Notes under the pieces: model-generated | Seen by the model: only the letters and a program-made list of their open reading frames with translations | Databases searched by the model: none | Told to the model about the DNA's origin: nothing | Shown: positions 1 through 10,331 of the stretch, piece by piece | How positions within the stretch are numbered: position 1 is the first letter of the stretch | How the letters are laid out: each line of letters opens with the position of its first letter | Position numbers and translations under genes: made by a program | NCBI GenBank assembly: GCA_000320545.1 | Contig: ADNK01002546.1 | Span: 1 to 64,000, forward strand | DNA length: 64,000 bases | From: Bigelowiella natans CCMP2755 | Lineage: Eukaryota > Protista > Cercozoa | Reading direction: 5' to 3'

Positions 1-36
1 TGCTGTTACAAGTGAGCAAGCTTATTAAGAAGATGG

Positions 37-448
37 TTGATAGACAGACACCTGAAAAAGGCTCATGGATTTGCATCGCGCGCGCCCGGCACCACCATCC
101 GACCAATAACGGACCTACTGGACCAGACCCCCCCAGCTGATGATTGGGATATCGACAAAGGCAAAAAGTACATTAATAAAATATTAAACGAGAAGTACTC
201 TGACATCACCAAGCCGACGACGAAGCCCTCCAGCAAGCTTACCCCAGTAAAGATCGAGCTAAAGAAGGGATACGAAGAGTGCATCATCAATGACCCAGAA
301 CATAGGCGACCGGAAGCGGACTGGGAAAAGATAGAGTGGCAGATCAATGAATGGGCAAAGGAAGGGAAGATAGAGCCAAGCAACTCACCATGGAACGTGA
401 GACATGTGCTAGCTAAGAAACCTACTTACCCTTTCTTCCGCCTGGCGC
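37..448 (+). pseudogene. Truncated reverse transcriptase (N-terminal part of pol)
   Basis: KIEWQINEWAKEGKIEPSNSPWN matches the Gypsy RT 'G.IEPS.SPW' block. Homology breaks after LAHN at the 303-bp duplicated insert; no YxDD or RNase H is seen. Confidence 0.8.
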
Positions 449-1460
449 ACAACGACGACGATACCGAGAGCGAAGACGAGAAGGTCCCGTACGATGGCCG
501 AGTTCTAAAGGAAGGACAGTATGTTAGGGCCAAGGTAAATCTGAGATCGAGAAATAAACAAGACCCCTTCTGGGGTGGCGTTGCAAAGGTTACCGAGAGG
601 AAGGGGAGGAAGCAGTACTACATCTATGATGGGAACAGGGTCACCTTGCGCCACATCAGTCACCTAAAGAATTATGATATCGGTGAGAAGCTCCTAGAGG
701 ATGTTAAAGTAAACCCTACTGTGTGGGAGCGAGCAATGCCTTGTTTAGGACTACCTTACCTTCGTTGATGTGGCCACTGGAAAGTGCTGGGTTAAAAAGA
801 TTATCAAGGTCAACGTTGCTAAGAAGAACAAAGGCTTATATAAGCAGAGGCTTACTAACTGCTACCGTACCTGGGAGTCTGAGCTCCAGGCTATCCCTGA
901 TGAAGTTAGCATAAACAAGATACCAAAGAAGTTACATGTGGATAATGAGACCTCTCTTCTACAGCTACCACACCCTAATATTGATGCCTCACCTGTATAC
1001 TATGCCCAGTCCAACTCCAAGGTAGAGCGACTCCACCGCACCTTGGCCAACCTAAGCAGGATAAATAGCACCACACCAGACAAGATACAAGGGTTAGTAA
1101 ACGACACCTTCACGTCTGGGGGAGGTATCAAGGATAAGGAGAGGGAAGAAGGCGACGACAACGACGACGATACCGAGAGCGAAGACGAGAAGGTCCCGTA
1201 CGATGGCCGAGTTCTAAAGGAAGGACAGTATGTTAGGGCCAAGGTAAATCTGAGATCGAGAAATAAACAAGACCCCTTCTGGGGTGGCGTTGCAAAGGTT
1301 ACCGAGAGGAAGGGGAGGAAGCAGTACTACATCTATGATGGGAACAGGGTCACCTTGCGCCACATCAGTCACCTAAAGAATTATGATATCGGTGAGAAGC
1401 TCCTAGAGGATGTTAAAGTAAACCCTACTGTGTGGGAGCGAGCAATGCCTTGTTTAGGAC
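449..1460 (+). repeat. 303-bp direct duplication: 449-751 = 1158-1460
   Basis: Both copies run from ACAACGACGACGATACC to TGTTTAGGAC; no difference was found by eye, and the ORF track shows the identical peptide in both. Confidence 0.95.
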
Positions 1461-1789
1461 CCCGACCTAAGTTCGATGTGGAATATGGAAACAATAAGGT
1501 CAGGGTGAACGACGATTGGCGCATGAAGATTGTCTATCTAGGCTACCCTGGATTACGAAATATGGAGAGGGTAGCTATGAAAATAAAGGACGGAAAATAT
1601 CAGCTACTCTACCTAGCTGTTCCCGACTTACCCTTTGAGCACTGGTATAAGGTCCTGGGGGACCTTGATGCAGAGGGCTGGTATGGACACGAACCTAAGG
1701 ACGAAGGTGAGTTCTGGGTAAGCGACAAAGGAGATAAGGTTAGAGAGGAATCTATTACCTGGTGGTTGGTGAAGTTCCGAAAGCGATGA
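749..1789 (+). CDS. Retroviral-type integrase core plus SH3-like C-terminal region and a degenerate N6-adenine-methyltransferase-like tail (5'-truncated pol segment)
   Basis: Open frame DYLTFVDVATGK...KLHVDNE...QSNSKVERLHRT (second D and E of the DDE triad). KQDPFWGGVAKV resembles a GPY/F region. The C-terminus is DDWRMKIVYLGYPG...RVAMKIK...LYLAVPDLPFEHWYKVL. Confidence 0.8.
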   Translation, partial: DYLTFVDVATGKCWVKKIIKVNVAKKNKGLYKQRLTNCYRTWESELQAIPDEVSINKIPKKLHVDNETSLLQLPHPNIDASPVYYAQSNSKVERLHRTLANLSRINSTTPDKIQGLVNDTFTSGGGIKDKEREEGDDNDDDTESEDEKVPYDGRVLKEGQYVRAKVNLRSRNKQDPFWGGVAKVTERKGRKQYYIYDGNRVTLRHISHLKNYDIGEKLLEDVKVNPTVWERAMPCLGPRPKFDVEYGNNKVRVNDDWRMKIVYLGYPGLRNMERVAMKIKDGKYQLLYLAVPDLPFEHWYKVLGDLDAEGWYGHEPKDEGEFWVSDKGDKVREESITWWLVKFRKR

Positions 1790-1840
1790 AGGTCTAAGGG
1801 AATAAGGAAGGAAGGAAGGAGCAACGTGACTTGGGGGAGG

Positions 1841-2085
1841 TGTAGCGCGTACCACTACGCGGGCACAAGTCACGTGCGACAACAAAGGGGTTGTCGCGGA
1901 TATAGAATATAGATAACGTAGATATTAATACAGCATAGGCACGTGGGTTCCGGCGGGACTCATGGCAGCACACCGGAAGTGTGCTGCCCCACGTGCGGCG
2001 GCATTCGCGAAAGCTTCGCGAATGATTACGCAGTGCACGATTTAATAAAAATATAATCTTTAATAAAAATAAACACAACTCTTCA
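1841..2085 (+). repeat. 3' LTR (~245 bp), preceded by polypurine tract (~1798-1840)
   Basis: GGGAATAAGGAAGGAAGGAAGG...GGGGGAGG abuts TGTAG at 1841. Two AATAAA lie near 2044 and 2062, and the LTR likely ends at CTTCA (2085), an imperfect inverted match to TGTAG. Confidence 0.72.
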
Positions 2086-2157
2086 AAAGGAAGCAAACGT
2101 GCCTTTCCCCCCCCCTGCCTACTTGTGCACGTAGCGCCTCGGCCTGTGAACACCTTA

Positions 2158-3151
2158 CGCGCAACAGCTCCAGTGATCTGCGGTGTTTGGGTTGTTGGCG
2201 TCCAAAAGCTCAACAGATTCATTGAGACATCATTGTTGCACGATGTGTCTGGGGAGACGTGGAATGTGACCTGTTTTTGCCAGGCGTCATGGTCACACCA
2301 GATGCAATTCAAGAATTTCCCGCAGTTTGAACAAAAGTGTGTTGATGTGAGATGTGGCAATGACCGTTGAACAAACCACGTGTGAAGCCGTTTGGTGAAG
2401 ATGCTTGAAATGACGATGAAAAATGCAACAAACAAATGGCGTTTTGATCAAACTTCACACAAGATCACACAAGATGATGCTGAATCACCACAAGTCTCCC
2501 AATTTTTGAACAACGACTTGAAATCGAAGTCGTCCCTCATCATTGCAGGTGAACAGGGACGCTGCATTTGGAACATGCTCTGAAAAAAAGAGAGAATCAT
2601 TGGTTGTCGTTTGATTCAAATGCCATTCATTTTCGTTCACATGGAAATCAGCATCCCTTTGCGAAAACAATTGCACCTTTTTGGGAATGAATTAGATGAA
2701 AACGGCCATGGTTTTGGTCCCGGAAACATTGTGCCATTGTGCCCAAATGCCACAGCTACTGGGCGACTTTTTCACTTTTTCGAATTTCAAGCATTTGGGG
2801 TTTCAAGTCGCGCGACATGAGTGTGAACCACAGGCCCCAAGTTTGGCTCTCATCTGTCACCCCTGGTTGCACTTGATTCGCATTTTCTCCGAAATGGTTG
2901 CATGTCACCTGAATTTGAGATCGCCTGGGTTTGGTTGTCTGTGAATTTCTGAAGGAAAGTTGCCCATTGTGAACTGTCGTTGAAACGTTCTTTCCGAACT
3001 TTTCGCGTCATTTTTTTTTCTTGTTTTTGGGATGCAGAGCAGGGACACCGCAGGGACACCGCAGGGACAGAGGGACAGAGGGACAGGAAACATCGTGGGG
3101 ACACACAACCAGCTCTGGACAGTTTTTCTCTTGATGTTTCTCGGTTGAACT
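2158..3151. other. TpA-depleted tract, probably a hypermutated repeat or transposon relic
   Basis: Only 2 TA dinucleotides counted by eye in 994 bp (2693, 2757) despite AT-rich composition; TG/CA are abundant. Confidence 0.85.
3039..3087 (+). repeat. Short tandem array of AGGGACA-containing units (11-bp and 8-bp periods)
   Basis: GCAGGGACACC GCAGGGACACC GCAGGGACAG AGGGACAG AGGGACAG. Confidence 0.85.
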
Positions 3152-3473
3152 TAAGTCTGAACTTTGAAAGAAAAGGGCGAAATGCTCACAGATCGTAGCT
3201 GGTCTGAGCCAAACTCTGGGATAAGTAAATTGATCATAATCAAACGCCTCTGGTTTTTAAAAAATATTACCTTTTTTTATTGTATTTATTTAATATTGCA
3301 CTCTATTTTTCATAAAAAAATCTACGAATGTGTATTTGGAAAGCAGCATAACTATCGTAACTTTTACGGATAATTCTCTAGGGCCGCCCCCGAGGGAAAA
3401 CAATATACCTCCTTCCCACCTACTTTCCCCTGAATCAAGGAAATACGGATTTTCTTGCTACCGGTGAATAGAA

Positions 3474-4182
3474 ATGTCAACTACCATCGACAAGGTGGCT
3501 AAGATGAAGAGTAGATCGCAAAATTCCTTTCCTATTATTATGATGTGTCACTGCATTGTCGTAGCTCGTGTCAGAACTTACATATGTTCTGCCATTCTTG
3601 CGTGTGGTGCACAGCTCTCCAAGTATGGCGTGAGGACTATGTATGAGTTTGATAATGATCAACATACGAGCCTCAAGGCGGTACGTTACGTCTCACAGAT
3701 GCACGTTGATAAACAATCGCAAACAACCGAACTAACAACGGCGCTGCTCTATACCAGATACGCGACACAGTGAAGCTGCCGATCTGGAGTCCACAGTGGG
3801 CCTTTAGTTTTACGAAAGCTGAGAGAGAGTTTGAGCGATTAGAGGAGATTGGGTAAGTTGCGACGGGGGGCGGGCCTCCCAGCAAACGCAATGCGCTTAA
3901 AAGATACCATATCCATAAATTGCTCATATGATTTATGCAAACGATGAGAAGCAGGAAAAACTGCCTTTGGATTGAAACTAATGCTTTTCACCTCCTTTCG
4001 GGGGGCATTTTGTCACAGTTTCTTCGGGTCTTTATCGTCCATATTTTGCTGTGGAAAGGACTGCGACAGATGCACGCGTAAGCATGCACGGCATCATCCG
4101 TAGCTGTGATAACGTCGATTTCATACTCAAAAAGCGTGCGGGCATGAGATTATGCACGTGATTTTGTCTGTGTGGTGTATAC

Positions 4183-4219
<37 letters not shown>

Positions 4220-4283
4220 GATATGTGTGTGTGTGTGTGTGCGTGTGTGTGTGTGTGTGTTTGTGGTTTATAAATACATATTG

Positions 4284-4322
<39 letters not shown>

Positions 4323-5287
4323 GATGCAGTCCGATGCTGTTCTCGTGATGATGACGACGATGAAGATGACACGACCTCGGTACGTTCAACCCTTCTCGTT
4401 GTTGCAGAGCTGCTATAGAATAAAAAGTCGATAGATGTACGATTCACAGATAGATGCAGGGTATTTAACGCGTGTTACTGTGTTATTGTGTGCAATATAT
4501 ACAGCAGCGACAAACTCATGATAGGTAGTTCATCGATGCTAACGTCAGTGTTGATACGGGGAGCATTCTCGTTTTGCGGCGCGAAAGCGATCTTCTTGAA
4601 AATCGATTATACATACGACATAACTAATGTCCATTAAACTACTTCCGCGCGCACAATCTTGCAAGATCTGCGAGTACAACCCACTCATCTCGTCGTTCAA
4701 TAACCACAGCCTTGGGTACTTGGAGTCGGCGAACAGTGCAGTAAAACTCAAAAACCTCACTCTATACGAGGAGAGCAGACTGTCGGAGAAAAGGGTGCTT
4801 GTTTAATGTGATCAACCACGATTGTGTTTTCGTACAGAATAGAGCTCGTTTGATTTTCGAGCTTGAATAGTAGGCGGCATGATGATGACCTGGTTTGATG
4901 GCATGATGATGACGTGTTTGCAGACTTAGAAATGCGTGCGAATATTGTCATCGGTTTCATAAGGAAGAAGATGCTGTCACCGCTCGTAGCTCCTTTTTTT
5001 AGCTTTCTTCCACGCTTGTGAGTAGTAGTAGCTGCTCATATGCGGGGGGGTTTGCATCGTATGTATAAATCCACCGAGTAGGCTCATTTGCGACGTTTAT
5101 ATGGATTTGAAAACATGAAATTTAGATTCACAAAAGAATAAGCGAGAATGCAGGAAGGAACTCCGTGTTAGCATCCGTGCTACGACCTAAAATACCGTTT
5201 ATCAACCCATGGTAGTATTGATGATTTTTCCCTCAATGATTTCCTCTTTGTGCACTCCATTTCAAGTCAGTGCTTCTAGCTCTCATA

Positions 5288-5327
<40 letters not shown>

Positions 5328-5511
5328 ATGTAATATTCATAGTTTATGCGTGTTTGTTCTTGCCCTGCATATGTTGAAGTCGTCTCAGAATCTATTAATA
5401 ACAGTATCGTTTGTATTTATGCACTTACTACTGCAGGTATGTTCTCGGCTACATCTTTCACGTATTGGTATCTACATATTAACAATTTTAATGTAGAAAA
5501 TAAATAAATAA

Positions 5512-5547
<36 letters not shown>

Positions 5548-6354
5548 ACACTCTTGAGTTTGATTTTAGCAATTATAAGCATGATTTTGGTGTTTGCGGC
5601 TCACAGATACGACTTCCTCTGTATTACTTGAACATCTTTCTAATCGGTATAAATGCGGTGACGTTTCGGATTGCACGGTAGCAGTGCTCGCTATGCTGTA
5701 AAGCCCCGTAGAAAATGCTTTTTGGAGAGACCTTCAAGCCGATTATCAACACGAATTTCGGAGCGAAATGTTGGCGCGCGCGCGCACAACGAGAGCGGAT
5801 TTCCAATAACAGTTTATAGTTACTGCATCTGATGTTTTCGCATCTTCATAGTTGTGCATTCAAATGCTTATTACTGAGATCTAATTCCCAGGAGATTGAT
5901 GGTACGATTGTCAATTCAAGTTCGTGATTGCCCTGCTTGCATCCGTATGCCTATCAATTGGGCGATTTTCCCGGTATGTAACGATGATGCGTATGAACGT
6001 TTCTGGAAGGGTGGGTGAAGGGGGAGGGGGTGGGTGGGGGGCGGGGGGGTTAAATGTAGACTCGGAGATGACACGATTGTATTTGAGTGTTTGGATGAAT
6101 GGCTAGGTGAAACTGGCAGTTTATGTCAATAAGACGAGTGTGTTGCATATGTATTCTAGCTTCTGCGGATTTGCTATGCCTCAGCGCAAATCGTCACTGT
6201 GTGCTTGGTCTATTTCTTCGATCTGGTAGTGATTGGTGCTGATAGTAACTTACATGCTGCATGCGGCTGGCCAAAAACAAATATTCACACATACATATCA
6301 CATTACATGTAGATTTTCAACAATACATGTATGTAAATTTTAATATATTAATTA

Positions 6355-6390
<36 letters not shown>

Positions 6391-7082
6391 ATATTCGCAC
6401 AGCTTTCAAACATACTGCTCTTCCGACCGATCATGGCTATGGGCCTTGCGACGCAAGTAGCACTCAGAAATCAAGTTTCAGAACCAGTTCTTCTAAATCA
6501 CGATTTGAGGTGCCTCCTTCGCTTGCAAGCGAACGCGGTCTTAGAGAAAGGAGTGTTATGATGGTTTCGATCAATGCGGAGATAACGTGTATGAATGTCG
6601 GGCTTCAGAACGTCTCTCTCCTCTCTTCCTTGCTGAAATGGCATGCTGCACAGGGCAAAGATCGAAGAGATATTCGCCGACTGGGCATGGGCATCCAACA
6701 TGCTGCTCGATGATCCCAGAGGACTAGATGTAAGAGTATTGTAGCATTGGATTGCGCGTTCTTCCTCGCGCGTTTTTTCCATTTTCCTTTTCCATCTACC
6801 ATCTACGACGCTTTAGAGAGCTATGGTGCAGGGCTCTCGCTTTTGCTCGAAACATCACACACAACGCTGAGTGTGGCCAAGAATCGTGAGCACGAATACG
6901 TGCATATGCGAGCTGTTGAGAAAAACAGTGCTGCTGCCCTCTATTTGTACAGCTCGGTTCTACCATGCGCGTGCCGATTATACAGCCGAAGTTACTGCTG
7001 GCGTCCTTTACTATGGTAAAGAAGACATAAAAAAAAAGGGGGAAAAAGACAATACTGATCATATATGTGTACGTGTGTATAT

Positions 7083-7122
<40 letters not shown>

Positions 7123-7517
7123 TTTAAAAACACACATAAGTAACCCCTTTATTTTGTCTTGTGCAGATATCACCGATGGTGACTCAAACTCTAGCTTCTG
7201 AGGTGTGCGATCGCAGCGTCCATTGCTGCTCTGCCTGTGACCTGCAGTTTGCCAACATATTCAATTTCATTAGAAAAACTAGCCCTGTTGCGTGTGTCTC
7301 TCCCGCTGCAGTTTTCGTTTTTGCTGAATTTGGGCGCGGCGACTGATATTTTTGCCTGACGAGTGTGTGTGTTCTTCTACCAATGTGTGTGTGTGTGTTT
7401 TGGACGACCAGACGATAATACCGTTTATCATGCAGCTTATGATTGTTTGGGTCATCTTCTGGCAACTGTAAGTTGAGAGTTTTTTCAGGATCGCTCAGGC
7501 TGCTGCGTGTGATGCGT

Positions 7518-7560
<43 letters not shown>

Positions 7561-7946
7561 GTGTGTGTGTGTGTGTGTGCGTGTGTGTTTTCGTTCAAAA
7601 CCTATCGAGCTTTCCTACTGTTTGACCTTTTCTCGTCGTGTGATGGAGAAGGGGTGATGATGAGGTTGGAGAAGACACCAGTGAAACTGTTCGCTAAACA
7701 TGCTTTTTCCCCCCCGCTCCCCACCCCTCCACCCTCCCCCCCAAACACAGATGGTATACCACTTCGGGTTTCGAGGAGGGAGGGTACCAACCGCTTAATC
7801 GATGTTTGGTAATGATAAACAATCGTGTTTAAGGCGCGCTATTTATGATCGTTTTTCACCCTCCAATCCGGCTATGTAGCAGCGATACGATGCGAATACA
7901 ACGGGGCACAGAGACACGATGCACGGGGAGAGAGATAGAGAAAGAG

Positions 7947-7994
<48 letters not shown>

Positions 7995-9359
7995 GGGTGG
8001 GGGGATGAGAAGGAGAGAGTGAGAGTTAAATGAATATGGATAACCTGACCTCACCAATACACATGTAAGGATTATTGAGAATGCGTTTGGCCGAATTCAA
8101 TACAAAGATATATGGTGTATTTAGGCTACTGGAGCTTTTTTCTACTACGCACAGAAGGTAGCAATCACCCTCTTTGAGTCGCGAGTTTTTACTGCATAAT
8201 CACGAAGATTTACGGTGTTTTCGTCAAACTCCATGATGAGCATTCGTCAACAACAGGCATTTACTTTTTTACGCATTTAGGCATTTGAGAGTGCAGGGAA
8301 ATTCACGCTAATCTGCCGTGGTAAAGAATGCATGCAGACGGAATGTGTGTGTGTGTGTGTGTGTGGTGTGTGTGTACGTCAGCATTGTGTGTTGATCCGT
8401 AACTATATTTTCGTTGATATGTATTTGTATTTCCAAAATTGGTGAAAAACGCACCAAATCCGATTTGTCCCCGCTCGCATTTGCGTGCGCATATGCGTGC
8501 GTATGCATTGGTTCTGCTCACTAATTAGGGCATACAAACAACATATTCTTGATGCTCGATTTGGTAACGCCCAACATCTTCACGCGAGCCTAACTATTTA
8601 AGTCTTAGTTTGATGTGTTTCCGCCTTAGTTTTATGTGTATTTTTCCCTGTGGTTTTGGAACTCCTTTCCCATAGGTTTCAAACGTGATCTTCCCGTATT
8701 TCCTCCTTCCGTTGGCTGTGCAAAGTAGTAGGAAAGACTGTCGTGTGGTGGATATGCTGTGTGCGTCTGGGGGAGCGTATCAGTTAGCAAGTTTTAGCCA
8801 TTTGCAGCAAAGTGCATACATGTGTCGTATCGTGCATTGGAATTCGATACATATAAACCTGCCTCGTGTCTCATTGTATGTGTTGAAGAAGACTGCCGTC
8901 TCGACGCTGATGCGATGTGTTTGATGTGCAGTTGTCCTCGACTCAGAAGGCCTAGATTTAGTTCTGAACATGATCGCTATTGACTTCGTCACCAAAATCG
9001 ACGAAGACTTGCTCGACGAGTCTGTTAAGTTCAGGTTCTTTCACGTGTTGAAATTGCAGTAATGAAACGGCGTTTGCTCCTCTTCGATTGCATAGATATT
9101 CCAGGCCACTCGCGGGATTGTTATTGCTGTTGTTTGTTTTTGGACAAATAGGTGTCAACCTCCGTATTGCTTCGTCTTCAAAGTAGTAGAGTAGCACACC
9201 ACATACGTGCATTATCTCAATGGGTCTATGTACTACAGGTCAAGTTTCTGCCGTCTCGCACCATGGGGTTATGGAAAACAAAGGCTCTCGAGCCTGTTCT
9301 GCTCGTGGAAGTCTGGTAGTAGCACGTGTTTCGTACATGCCCATATTCAAATATTATAT

Positions 9360-9399
<40 letters not shown>

Positions 9400-10288
9400 C
9401 ACTCCTTTGAATCAGCTAAGAGAACAATCCACGTACACCTGATGGAATGAAAGACGCGTTACTAACAGCATCGGTGTCTAACATCGTTCGCAGGTCGGAA
9501 AAGACTGTACAGGAGCAGATTGATCCAGAAAAGCCTCCGGTGCAGACTCGATATTGGATGTAGTCTATATCAGCACAACGACGCCTCGATTGTCATTACT
9601 AACACGAGTAGCGCGCGCGTTGAAGATGGGGGCCTTATGGCACCGCATTGGTGTGTTTCCCCCCCCCCCCCCCCCTTCTGTAGAAAGACGAAGATCTCAG
9701 CCAATTCGAAGCGAAACTCCACGATACAAAGTAATAAGTCATAAGAACTAACAGTGCGGTAGCGAGGTGGCCGAGAGAGGTTGGTTGAGAGTGAAAAGCC
9801 ACGCAGTGCTGTTGGTGACCCCCCCACCCTAATCGGTTTGCTGCTCGAGCACTGGGTCACATCTTGATAAGTGAATTGCGGTTCCAGAGGTGACAGCGGG
9901 GCTCTACCGTGTAGCAGCGCATTCAGAAGCACCCGAGTCAGAGAGGAGGAGTAGTACTGGTTATGCTGGTCCGCGAGCCATTACATTATCTTGTGCTTCT
10001 TTGCGGGGATTCGTTGTTAGGTACCTTGAAATCATCGCTGAGAACATAAAGAGGTCGGAGTGGAATACGAACAACGGCTTTACGAGGGAGGTCGTTACCT
10101 TTGCTGCTTGCCGATCGGCGTACGAGTGTGTGTGTGTGTGTGTGTGTGAGTGTGTGTGTGCGACGGTGCTTGTGGAAAGATAGATTGCAAGGTAACGAAA
10201 CTTATGTCTTCAGGCCAAGAGAAACTTGACAAGGATTCGAAAAAAGTGAAAAATTATATTGTTGGATATAGATATAATATATTTATAT

Positions 10289-10331
<43 letters not shown>

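Larger units (their letters stand above)
1..2085 (+). mobile_element. Ty3/Gypsy-type LTR retrotransposon, 3' part, internally rearranged (5' end outside window)
   Basis: RT N-terminal motif (EGKIEPSNSPWNVRHVLAKK...FRLAHN), integrase motifs (YLTFVD, LHVDNE, YYAQSNSKVERLHRT), RT-before-IN order, and a purine tract followed by a TG...CA bounded LTR. Confidence 0.88.

Noticed and set aside
1794-2435. 213-aa minus-strand ORF across LTR and TA-null tract
   Set aside because: Loss of TA removes TAA/TAG stops and inflates ORF length; the ORF crosses an element boundary and has no recognizable domain.
3039-3087. Mutated telomeric (TTAGGG) array
   Set aside because: Periods are 11 and 8 bp, not 6; the units do not revert to TTAGGG.
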